Source of the DNA: Aggregatilineales bacterium
GTDB lineage: Bacteria > Chloroflexota > Anaerolineae > Aggregatilineales > UBA2796
Length of the DNA: 64,000 nucleotides
Direction of reading: 5' to 3'
Assembly (NCBI GenBank): GCA_046719055.1
Contig: JBDNDQ010000009.1
Coordinates: 2,542 to 66,541 of the forward strand
The notes below the pieces were generated by a model, which was not told the DNA's origin, did not search any database, and saw only the letters and a program-made list of their open reading frames with translations. Every line of letters starts with the position of its first letter. The stretch's first letter is position 1. The position numbers and the translations under genes are program-made. Below are positions 47,689-56,537 of the stretch, in pieces.

Positions 47689-47732
47689 AAAAAAGACCGC
47701 CGAATAGCGCCATGCGGCGTTCAGAGGTCTTG
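47689..47732 (-). terminator. terminator-like hairpin + U6 inside the rpoC leader (candidate attenuator)
   Basis: On the minus strand, AAGACC..CGCCG-loop-CGGCGGUCUU is followed by UUUU (6 + 4 bp with a 7-nt bulge). A crossing alternative helix, AAUAGC-C-GCC (47744-47735) with GGCGCUAUU (47711-47703), is mutually exclusive with it. Confidence 0.4.
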
Positions 47733-47852
47733 TAGGCGGCTATTTGAAACGTGCAGACAATAAACGCACCAAGCCAAACCATGAGAGCGCGCTCTCATGC
47801 GTTTGACAAGAGCATTTGATCTTTTGCAAGGTGCCTGCATAGTAAGCTCCAT

Positions 47853-47880
47853 ATTATATCGGCAAAGCTATTCCTGTCAA
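47853..47880 (-). promoter_or_regulatory. perfect-consensus sigma70 promoter driving rpoC
   Basis: On the minus strand: TTGACA (47880-47875), a 16-nt spacer, then TATAAT (47858-47853). This predicts a leader of about 240 nt before TTG 47605. Confidence 0.65.
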
Positions 47881-48025
47881 GTGTAGTGCATACAGCCCAT
47901 CCAAACTTGGACGCTCCCCTTGAAAAAAACCGTAGCGCACGGCGCCAAAGGCGGTATAATTAGCGCGGCTTGGCGCATGGCGCCAAGTGACGACACACCA
48001 AAGTTCAAAAGGCGGCACAATTCCT

Positions 48026-48259
48026 GTGAGCCCAATCCTTCGCACAGCGTGGGAACGCTTTCAAATCATTGGACAAGCAAACGGCGATTATATTGCTCGT
48101 TTCGTCACGTTTGTGATGTATTTCAGCGTCTTGATTCCCTTCGCGCTGATCACGCGCTTCCTGGTCGATCCGCTTGAAGTGCGCAAGTCAGCACAGCCAC
48201 ATTGGCGGGCGCGCAAGCCTGTTGGCGAATCGCTCAACGACGCACGGAGTCAATCCTGA
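48026..48259 (+). CDS. small membrane protein resembling the C-terminal half of SxtJ-family proteins (start uncertain: GTG 47987 or GTG 48026)
   Basis: PILRTAWERFQIIGQANGDYIARFVTFVMYFSVLIPFALITRFLVDPLEVRK matches my recollection of the SxtJ C-terminal pattern (W..F......N..I.L...Y....P......R....DPL). Its stop TGA overlaps the carbamoyltransferase ATG (TGATG at 48257-48261), which argues for a real, coupled gene. Confidence 0.5.
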   Translation: MSPILRTAWERFQIIGQANGDYIARFVTFVMYFSVLIPFALITRFLVDPLEVRKSAQPHWRARKPVGESLNDARSQS

Positions 48260-50037
48260 TGTACATTCTCGGTCTGTCCTTCTACTACCACGACTCGGCA
48301 GCGGCGCTCCTTAAAGATGGTGAGCTGGTAGCAGCGGCAATGGAGGAACGCTTCAGCCGACTTAAGAACGATAACGGATTTCCAACGCGCGCCATCGAGT
48401 TCTGCCTGCGCAAGGCAGGCATCAAGGCAGCCGATCTGGACTATGTGGTCTTCTACGAGAAGCCCTTCGTCAAGTTTGCGCGCATCCTGCTGACCGTGCT
48501 GGGCACTTTCCCGCGCTCGCGAGACGTTTGGCGCGAGGCGATGTTTGTGTGGATGCCAGAGAAGCTGTGGATCAAAACGCGCTTGGAAAAGCACTTGGGC
48601 ATCAGCGGGGAGAAAATCCTGTTCTGCGATCATCACATGTCCCATGCAGCGAGCGCCTTTTACGCCTCGCCCTTTGATGAGGCTGCTGTGCTGACCATTG
48701 ACGGCGTCGGCGAGTGGACAACCACCACGCTCGGGCGGGCCAGGGCAAACTGGAACGGCGATGGGCGCAACGAGATCACGCTCTTTGAGGAACAGCGCTT
48801 TCCGCATTCTATCGGCCTGCTTTACTCAGCCTTTACCGCCTTTTTGGGCTTCAAAGTGAACGAAGGCGAGTACAAGGTCATGGGCATGGCGCCCTATGGC
48901 ACGCCCCGCTACCTGGATAAAGTCTACAAACTGATCCAGCTCAACGAAGATGGCAGCTTCCACCTAAACATGGACTACTTCTCGTTCCACTACAGCGCTG
49001 ATCGCACCTTTAATCAGCGCTTCATTGACCTATTCGGCCCGCCACGCGCGCCCAGCGATGACTTCTTCACTATGGCGACCAATCCTGAGCGCGCCAACGA
49101 AAGAGAGGCGATGGCGCTCAATCAACACTACGCCGATGTAGCCGCTAGCATTCAGGCAGTCACAGAAGAGGCGCTCCTACGCATGACACGCCACCTGCAT
49201 GCTAGGACGGGCTTGAAAAAGTTAGTGATGGCAGGCGGCGTAGCCCTCAATAGCGTGGCAAACTACAAAATTCTGCACGAGACACCCTTCGAGGAGGTCT
49301 ACATACAGCCTGCCGCCGGCGATGATGGCGGTGCATTGGGCGCGGCGCTGTGGGCTTATCACAGTGTGCTGCAACAGCCGCGCAAATTTGTCATGCAGCA
49401 CGCTTACTGGGGCGAGGAATATGGCGACTCGCACATCCGCGCCTTCCTGGAGCGCCAGAATATCCCCTACACTTACGAGCCCGATGATCAGCGCCTGATT
49501 GACCAGGTGGTAGATAGTCTAGTGCAAGGGCAAGTGGTTGGCTGGTTTCAAGGGCGCTTCGAATGGGGCCCGCGCGCGCTAGGTAACCGCAGCATCCTTG
49601 CCGACCCGCGCCGCAGCGAGATGAAGAATGTGGTCAACACCAAGATTAAGTACCGCGAGCCATTCCGTCCTTTCGCGCCCGTCGTGCTGACCGAATGCGC
49701 CGAGGAGTATTTCGACTTCCCGAATGTAGCTGATCACTTCCCGCCGCGCTTTATGCTGATGGTCTCACCCGTGTACCCCGATAAACATACGGTTATCCCT
49801 GCCACAACCCACGAAGGTGGCACGGGGCGCCTGCAAACAATTGACTACGAGACCAATCCGCGTTATTACAGTGTGGTCAAGACGTTTGGCGAGGCAACGG
49901 GCGTGCCCGTTTTGCTGAATACGTCGTTCAATCTGCGCGGCGAGCCAATTGTAACCTCGCCTGCCAACGCTTGGAACACTTTCAGCAAGAGCGGACTCGA
50001 TCTGCTCGTGCTTGGCTCGTACCTAGTACGCAAATGA
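48259..50037 (+). CDS. carbamoyltransferase, NodU/CmcH/SxtI family
   Basis: The N-terminus MYILGLSFYYHDSAAALLKDGELVAAAMEERFSRLKNDNGFPTRAIEFCL is typical of the family, as is a C-terminal carbamoyltransferase domain (NTSFNLRGEPIV). 592 aa from ATG 48259, with GGAG 9 nt upstream. Confidence 0.93.
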   Translation: MYILGLSFYYHDSAAALLKDGELVAAAMEERFSRLKNDNGFPTRAIEFCLRKAGIKAADLDYVVFYEKPFVKFARILLTVLGTFPRSRDVWREAMFVWMPEKLWIKTRLEKHLGISGEKILFCDHHMSHAASAFYASPFDEAAVLTIDGVGEWTTTTLGRARANWNGDGRNEITLFEEQRFPHSIGLLYSAFTAFLGFKVNEGEYKVMGMAPYGTPRYLDKVYKLIQLNEDGSFHLNMDYFSFHYSADRTFNQRFIDLFGPPRAPSDDFFTMATNPERANEREAMALNQHYADVAASIQAVTEEALLRMTRHLHARTGLKKLVMAGGVALNSVANYKILHETPFEEVYIQPAAGDDGGALGAALWAYHSVLQQPRKFVMQHAYWGEEYGDSHIRAFLERQNIPYTYEPDDQRLIDQVVDSLVQGQVVGWFQGRFEWGPRALGNRSILADPRRSEMKNVVNTKIKYREPFRPFAPVVLTECAEEYFDFPNVADHFPPRFMLMVSPVYPDKHTVIPATTHEGGTGRLQTIDYETNPRYYSVVKTFGEATGVPVLLNTSFNLRGEPIVTSPANAWNTFSKSGLDLLVLGSYLVRK

Positions 50038-50080
50038 GCGCATCACCCGAAAATCTGAAGGCTATGTGGAGAGTTTACCT

Positions 50081-50365
50081 GTGACGACCCAAGACAAACT
50101 GATGCAGAGCGCAGAAGCTGAAAACGCCGCGCCAATGTACACCGATGCAGAGTTGGAAAGCGCTGCAGCCGAAGCTAAGGGACAGACCAACTGGCGCCGC
50201 GACCTGCACTCGCGAGCAGGCGTGGTGGGCGAGTTGTTCAGCTTCCTGTGGAAAGTACGCCTATGGTGGATGATCCCGATGGTTGTCGTACTGCTGCTGT
50301 TCTTCTTTGTTTTCATCTTTGGCGCGTCTACGCCGTTGGCGCCGTTCATCTACTCGTTGCGCTAG
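50081..50365 (+). CDS. DUF5989 (SxtK-like) small membrane protein
   Basis: The C-terminal ELFSFLWKVRLWWMIPMVVVLLLFFFVFIFGASTPLAPFIYSLR matches the DUF5989 pattern (E.W.FL..RK.WW..P.......L.........PFIY.LF). GGAGAG lies 7 nt upstream of GTG 50081; the ORF-track start is 50066. Confidence 0.8.
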   Translation: MTTQDKLMQSAEAENAAPMYTDAELESAAAEAKGQTNWRRDLHSRAGVVGELFSFLWKVRLWWMIPMVVVLLLFFFVFIFGASTPLAPFIYSLR

Positions 50366-50377
50366 GCAGGGCAACTC

Positions 50378-50674
50378 ATGCCAAACTGGTTGGCCGCGAT
50401 TCTAGTCGGTGGCGGGCTGGCGTTGTGGATGGGTTACTACGTGGCGCGTAAGTCCGCTGCTAAAAAGCCGATTCAAGGCGGCAAAGCGGCAGAGCTGCTG
50501 CACTATCTAGGCGCCTCAGCGACGGTCGCGCCTGGCATGATGCTCTTGCTCGGCTCGATCGTCTTTGGCTTACAGTTTAGCCAGAGTCTGACCCTGTGTT
50601 TGGGCAGTTTTGCTCTCGCCGCCCTCTTTCTCATCCTCTACGCCGTCTTCGAGGTGGCTCGTAAAGCCGCCTAG
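50378..50674 (+). CDS. small membrane protein (98 aa, three predicted TM helices)
   Basis: It starts 13 nt after the DUF5989 stop and is followed by a strong terminator. It is hydrophobic, and I did not recognise a family. Confidence 0.5.
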   Translation: MPNWLAAILVGGGLALWMGYYVARKSAAKKPIQGGKAAELLHYLGASATVAPGMMLLLGSIVFGLQFSQSLTLCLGSFALAALFLILYAVFEVARKAA

Positions 50675-50687
50675 GCACACATTCGAG

Positions 50688-50719
50688 GGCTGCCGTATGC
50701 ACTTGCGGCAGCCTTTTAT
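50688..50719 (+). terminator. Rho-independent terminator of the carbamoyltransferase cluster
   Basis: GGCTGCCG and CGGCAGCC form an 8-bp stem around a 10-nt loop, followed by TTTTAT. Confidence 0.75.
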
Positions 50720-50932
50720 GGCATTGTGATAGCACATACGCCCTACGCATGCTACACTGATGAACGCAGCAGCTAACCCTTCATCGCAAACCACCTAAGC
50801 CCATCCAGCACATCTTCAGCGCCGCACGCTGAAGACTTCGGTTGGCAGTCTGTCTGGCTGTATCGAGTGAGCTTCGCTAAGAAGCGCCACGTTGCGAAAG
50901 CCTTCTGGATGCCTCAGGACTGAGAAAGGGTA

Positions 50933-51838
50933 ATGTTTATGCTCCCCGCAGTGACCGCCGCCGCATTTTTGGTTGGTGCAGGCACAGCTTGGCTAGCGCG
51001 CACCTATCAGTATGAGATGCGCGCCGCTGCTGTGCGCCAAATGACAGGCAGCCGTTTTGTGAATGTAGCCGAGACAAGTATCGAGTATGTGCAGCAAGGC
51101 GATAAGTCGCCTTACGTCTTTGTCTCGCATCAGGCGATGGGCGGCTACGATCAAGGGCAAGCCATCGGCAGGCTTTACAAGGGCTGCTCTGTGATCGCCC
51201 CTTCGCGGGCAGGCTACTTACGCACTCCGCTAGATGCTGGACGCACACCAGAGACAATGGCAGATACATTCGCTGCCTTGCTGGACTACCTAAATGTGCC
51301 GAGCGTCATCATGGCAGGCTATTCGGCGGGCGCAATGGCTGCTCTGGCCTTCGCCATGCGCTATCCTGAGCGCTGCCGTGCGCTAGTGCTTGGCAACGGG
51401 ATTACCCGTACGCCGCCGCCCTACGTCATGGACTTCCTGGCCCCCATTGCGCTCGCCAACCGCTGGGATTTCTCCAACTGGCTGATTTCTGCCGCGTTTG
51501 AGCGTACCTTGCCCTTGCTGGAGCGCGACGAAGACGTGCTAGCAATTTTGCGCACTTTGCAGCAAAATAATCCTGCCAGCTTGCGCTTTGAGGGCTTCCG
51601 ACAGGATATCGAGCAGATGCGCACTTTCCAGCCCGACCTGACCCAAGTCCGCGTGCCGACTCTGATCATTCACGGCACGTTAGATGTGCTTGTGCCACCC
51701 GATCAAGCGCAGGAGGCAGCGCAGCGCATTCCGAAGGCACGCTTGCTGATGATCAAAAATGGCGGCCACGACTGCTCTGTGCGCTATCCACATCTCGTTA
51801 AGCCCGCTTTACAGGTGCTGATCCGCGAGACAAGCTGA
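50933..51838 (+). CDS. alpha/beta-fold hydrolase, membrane-anchored (alternative start ATG 50939)
   Basis: An N-terminal hydrophobic segment is followed by the nucleophile elbow AGYSAGAMAA, LIIHGTLDVLVP, and a GGHD His region. Confidence 0.8.
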   Translation: MFMLPAVTAAAFLVGAGTAWLARTYQYEMRAAAVRQMTGSRFVNVAETSIEYVQQGDKSPYVFVSHQAMGGYDQGQAIGRLYKGCSVIAPSRAGYLRTPLDAGRTPETMADTFAALLDYLNVPSVIMAGYSAGAMAALAFAMRYPERCRALVLGNGITRTPPPYVMDFLAPIALANRWDFSNWLISAAFERTLPLLERDEDVLAILRTLQQNNPASLRFEGFRQDIEQMRTFQPDLTQVRVPTLIIHGTLDVLVPPDQAQEAAQRIPKARLLMIKNGGHDCSVRYPHLVKPALQVLIRETS

Positions 51839-53127
51839 TGAGTGAGCCGCTGCCACCCGCCCAGCCCGACCAAGCAGAACCGAACTTGTCTTATCCCGCT
51901 GAGTGGAGCACCTGGACGAAGCGCGTGGCAGCTGTGCTGCTGTTGATAGCAGGCATCTACTCGCTTACTTTTCTCGGGCCGGTGCTGCAGGTGCTGATCA
52001 TCGCTCTGCTTCTGGTGCTGTTCTTCTTCATCCCGATCCAGTTCATGATGCGCTGGCTTCGCTTTCCGTACTGGCTGGCTGTGATCAGTGTATTTGTCCT
52101 GTATCTAGGCAGCATCACGGCTGCAATTTTGCGGATTGGGCCTGCCATAGCCGATACGATCAGCTCTTGGCAGCCTGCCATCGAGAATGTCGTCAGCACC
52201 GGCATCACATTTTTTCGACAATACACGCCCGAGCGCGATCGCTACCTCTATCTCCTGCGCGACGAAGACAATCCCGAAAATGACCTGCGCGTTGACCTGA
52301 ACTTTCTGCTCGAGCCGATCAGTCAGCTTGTGAAGGGCGAAGCATCCAACATCAACGTTGCTTCAATCTTGGGCAGCCTGGCAGGTAACGTAGCGAACGT
52401 GGCTGGCGGAGTCTTTGGCACGCTGGGCAATCTGCTGCTCGGTCACTTACTGGCGTTTTTCATCCTGCTGGAGCTGCCACGTGCTTATCGCGCTTTTTTG
52501 CGTGTGGAGGACGTCTATGAGCGCGAGTACGCCATTTTACTGCGCGGCGTGTTGCGTGTATGGCTGTATTTCTTTCGTGGGCAGGTCATCATCGCTCTGA
52601 TCATCGGCTTCGCAACGTGGTTTCAGTTTCAGGCGATGGGCGTGCCGGGCGCCATTTTCGTCGGTGTGACCTGTGGCTTGCTCGCGCTGATCCCAACGGT
52701 TGGCAACCTGCTGAGCATCGTCCCTGTGAGCATTGCGCCGCTGATCGGCGGCTCAACCGTCTTCACTGAGATGGATCGCGGCACCCTAGTGCTGATCGTA
52801 GTGCTCGTGAATGTCTTAGTCACACAGACCTTCACGCTGAATGTGATCGCGCCCAAAATCACGGGCGATGCCGTTAGTTTGCCACTACCAGTCGTGATTG
52901 TCGGCTTGTTCATTGGCACGGCGTTCGGCGGCATTCTGGGCGCTTTGCTTATCGCGCCTATTCTTGGCACATTGCGCTTGCTTGTGGACTACATGCTGCG
53001 CAAAATTCGGGGCGGCGATCCCTTCCCCAATGAGCCGCGCCCAGAGCTCATCCTCGATGCGATATTCTTACCGCGTCGCAAGCCCGCAAAACCTGAGCTA
53101 CCAGCTGCCACCGCCGAAGGCAGCTGA
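51838..53127 (+). CDS. AI-2E family transporter (PerM/UPF0118)
   Basis: The ATG overlaps the hydrolase stop (TGATG). There are about 8 TM segments, with the family-typical CGLLALIPTVGNLLSIVP and PLPVVIVGLFIGTAFGGILGALLIAPI. Confidence 0.85.
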   Translation: MSEPLPPAQPDQAEPNLSYPAEWSTWTKRVAAVLLLIAGIYSLTFLGPVLQVLIIALLLVLFFFIPIQFMMRWLRFPYWLAVISVFVLYLGSITAAILRIGPAIADTISSWQPAIENVVSTGITFFRQYTPERDRYLYLLRDEDNPENDLRVDLNFLLEPISQLVKGEASNINVASILGSLAGNVANVAGGVFGTLGNLLLGHLLAFFILLELPRAYRAFLRVEDVYEREYAILLRGVLRVWLYFFRGQVIIALIIGFATWFQFQAMGVPGAIFVGVTCGLLALIPTVGNLLSIVPVSIAPLIGGSTVFTEMDRGTLVLIVVLVNVLVTQTFTLNVIAPKITGDAVSLPLPVVIVGLFIGTAFGGILGALLIAPILGTLRLLVDYMLRKIRGGDPFPNEPRPELILDAIFLPRRKPAKPELPAATAEGS

Positions 53128-53250
53128 GCATCTCGAAAACCTTCTCTGGCTTTGCACAGCCTCTTCATAACTTCTTCACGAGCTCGCTCTACACTGAGAG
53201 GCGCAAGACCAATCCGGTCGAGAGTATCTCAAAGGCAAGGAGTGAATCCC

Positions 53251-54111
53251 ATGAAACGTTTCGCGAAAGGTTTGTTGGCAGCAGCTCTGGCGGTTGCTTT
53301 GATTGGCAGTTTGGCGCTCAGCGCAAGCACAGCTGAGGCGCAAGGCGGACGTAGCTGGGTAGGCGCAGGCGCCTTGATCGGCGCTTGCAGCACAACAGAT
53401 TACACCAGTGTGGCAGCCCAAGCGCTCAACATGACCCCAACCGAGCTGCGTGTAGCATTGGCAGGTGGCGCCAGCTTGGTGCGCATCGCAGCCCAAAGGG
53501 GCGTGGATATTGCCACGGTACAAGAGGCATTGCGTGCAGCGCGCCTCGCCGAGGTAGATAGGGCGCTCGCCGATGGTTTGATCACTTCCGCGCAGGCTGA
53601 TCAGCTCAAGGAGCTGCTGAATAACCCGCCTTCGGCAACGGGCGGGCGTGGCATGCGCATGCCTATCCAGCGTGTGAACTTGCTAGCAGGCGTCAGTGCG
53701 CGCAACACGGTCAAGGCGTACGCTGTGGCGGCTGAGGCATTGGGCATCCCCTGCCCGGAGTTAGTCAAAGCGGTGCAGGCCGGGCAATCCATTGCGCAGG
53801 TGGCTGTAGCTAGGGGCGTCTCCCTGCAGGCCCTTGTGGATGCGCTGAGCAAAGCCTACAGTGATGCGCTGGCCAAAGACGTCCAGGAAGGGCTAGTGGC
53901 GCCTGCCCGCGCCCAGACCCTCGAGGCGCAGATCATCAACAGCGTGCTGAGGGTGATCTCCCGCCCGCACGGCCAGCCTGGCCGACCGCATCTGCCGCGC
54001 ATCGGGCAGAGCGGCATCCGGTTCGATGGGGTGCTGCCTACGGATGTCTTCGACCTGCTTGGCATCCAGGGGCGGGGCATGCCCAGTGAGCTGATCTCAG
54101 GCCGCGACTGA
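53251..54111 (+). CDS. secreted protein with two ~65-aa internal repeats, function unknown
   Basis: AAGGAG lies 8 nt upstream of ATG 53251. Signal peptide MKRFAKGLLAAALAVALIGSLALSASTAEAQ. The two repeats are AAQALNMTPTELRVALAGGASLVRIAAQRGVDIATVQEAL... and AAEALGIPCPELVKAVQAGQSIAQVAVARGVSLQALVDAL... Confidence 0.6.
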   Translation: MKRFAKGLLAAALAVALIGSLALSASTAEAQGGRSWVGAGALIGACSTTDYTSVAAQALNMTPTELRVALAGGASLVRIAAQRGVDIATVQEALRAARLAEVDRALADGLITSAQADQLKELLNNPPSATGGRGMRMPIQRVNLLAGVSARNTVKAYAVAAEALGIPCPELVKAVQAGQSIAQVAVARGVSLQALVDALSKAYSDALAKDVQEGLVAPARAQTLEAQIINSVLRVISRPHGQPGRPHLPRIGQSGIRFDGVLPTDVFDLLGIQGRGMPSELISGRD

Positions 54112-54203
54112 CCAGCTTTCAACCCGATCGAGCGTTCAAAGGTACAATTAGGGGTGGGTCGGCACACGCCGACTCACTTCGCATCACTGTTGAGAATGTT
54201 ACC

Positions 54204-54923
<720 letters not shown>

Positions 54924-54935
54924 GGAAGGTGCTCT

Positions 54936-56489
54936 ATGCGCCTGTTTCGTCGCCAACTGCTGCTGAGCTACTTGCCGTTGGCGCTGCTGCCGATCCTGGT
55001 CATCGGCTTGGTCATTCGCGGCGTGGCAGAAGACCGACTGATGCTGCTGGTCTCTGAAGATGCCACGCGTCGTCTGCGCGGCCTAGTACCATGTTTCGAG
55101 GCTTACTACACAGCCAACGGTTCCTTCGAACTACTGGTCACCGCTTTCCAGGACGGCACACCGTTCACGTACAACACCACTCGCCTGGAGAGAGGCCGCC
55201 CGATCGTCAGGCGCGGGCACCTGCTCGTCCTCGACGAAAATGGTGTTCTGGCGTGCCTGCCGCTTGGCGCGCGGCAGGCTCAGCTGCTGACGACGGAAAC
55301 TGACCGCCTGCTCCTGGATGGCACCAGGCTCAGTGCGTTGGTGAGCGCGTTGCCTGCAGCAGCACGCCGCGATGAGCTCATCCTAGCCAATCCAGATGGC
55401 GTGGTGCTGCTCAGCGCCGAGCCGAGCTTAATCGGGCAAGTCTTGCCGCGCGAGGTGCTGCAGCGCAGCGCGTTGATCAACGTCAATCGGCAGCCGGTGG
55501 CACGTCTGGCGCTTGCGACGGGCATCCTTGACGAGGGGCAGCGCCAATTGCTGAGTGCGCTGAACATCGCGTTAGTGCTCTCGGGCGGTTTTTCGCTCTT
55601 AGCGGCGCTGGGGCTAGGCTGGTGGATGTCCTCGCGGCTTTCGCAGCCGATACGTGCCCTGAACGAGGGCGTGCGCCGCCTGGCGCATGGCGAGTGGCGT
55701 GCGCCCTTGCCCGTGACCGCCTCAAACGAGCTCGGTGAGCTGACGCAAGCCTTCAATCGCATGGCGGCCGAGCTGATACGCCAACAGACCATGACGCGTC
55801 AGATGGTTGCCGACATTGCCCACGATCTGCGCACGCCGCTCAGCACGATGGCGCTCGAGATTGAGGCGATCGAGGCTGGCTTCCAATCGCCTGAGCAGGC
55901 CACCGAGAGCTTGCGCGAGGAAATCGCTTGGTTGCAGCGCATGGTGGACGATCTGCGCCTGCTCTCCTTGATGGATGCTGATCAAATCCGCTTGCAGCTC
56001 GAGCCAGTGCCGCTCGGTGCTTTCTTGAGTCGCCTGCACGACTTCTGGCGCATTAGTGCTGAAGAGAGCGGGCGCCGCCTCACCCTTGAGGTAGCAGATG
56101 ATCTACCTACCATCCAGGCAGATCCCATGCGCCTGCGCCAAATCTTAGGCAACCTGATCAATAACGCGCTGCGCCACACCAGAGCCGGCGATGAAGTGCG
56201 CTTGGAAGCGCAACCGGCTGGCGATGGCGGCGTGCTGTTGCGCGTGGTCGATAGTGGCGAGGGCATCCCAGCAGAGGCGCTGCCGCGCATTTTTGACCGT
56301 TTCTATCGCGCCGATCGGGCGCGCAAGCACAGCGATGGCGGCAGCGGTCTGGGATTGAGCATTGCCAAACGGTTAGTCGAGATGCACGGCGGCACAATCA
56401 CAGTCAGTAGCCAGCTTGGGAGCGGTACCGCCTTCAGCCTTTATCTGCCGCCACACCTGAAGCCAGCGCTCGCCATAAACACTTCGTAA
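54936..56489 (+). CDS. sensor histidine kinase (periplasmic sensor, HAMP, HisKA, HATPase_c)
   Basis: Two TM segments flank a ~190-aa sensor region. HAMP region [18 protein letters not shown]-box [15 protein letters not shown]-box [12 protein letters not shown], and G-boxes VVDSGEGIP and [14 protein letters not shown]. Confidence 0.93.
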   Translation: MRLFRRQLLLSYLPLALLPILVIGLVIRGVAEDRLMLLVSEDATRRLRGLVPCFEAYYTANGSFELLVTAFQDGTPFTYNTTRLERGRPIVRRGHLLVLDENGVLACLPLGARQAQLLTTETDRLLLDGTRLSALVSALPAAARRDELILANPDGVVLLSAEPSLIGQVLPREVLQRSALINVNRQPVARLALATGILDEGQRQLLSALNIALVLSGGFSLLAALGLGWWMSSRLSQPIRALNEGVRRLAHGEWRAPLPVTASNELGELTQAFNRMAAELIRQQTMTRQMVADIAHDLRTPLSTMALEIEAIEAGFQSPEQATESLREEIAWLQRMVDDLRLLSLMDADQIRLQLEPVPLGAFLSRLHDFWRISAEESGRRLTLEVADDLPTIQADPMRLRQILGNLINNALRHTRAGDEVRLEAQPAGDGGVLLRVVDSGEGIPAEALPRIFDRFYRADRARKHSDGGSGLGLSIAKRLVEMHGGTITVSSQLGSGTAFSLYLPPHLKPALAINTS

Positions 56490-56537
56490 TGTGCGCTGTA
56501 ACGCAATCGGGATGACGCTTTTGCGGCAAAGCGCGCT

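Noticed and set aside
47955-47960. A TATAAT hexamer on the + strand upstream of the carbamoyltransferase cluster.
   Set aside because: The nearest TTGAAA -35-like hexamer (47920-47925) is 29 nt away, which is too far. It could still be a -10-only promoter, but I cannot support that.
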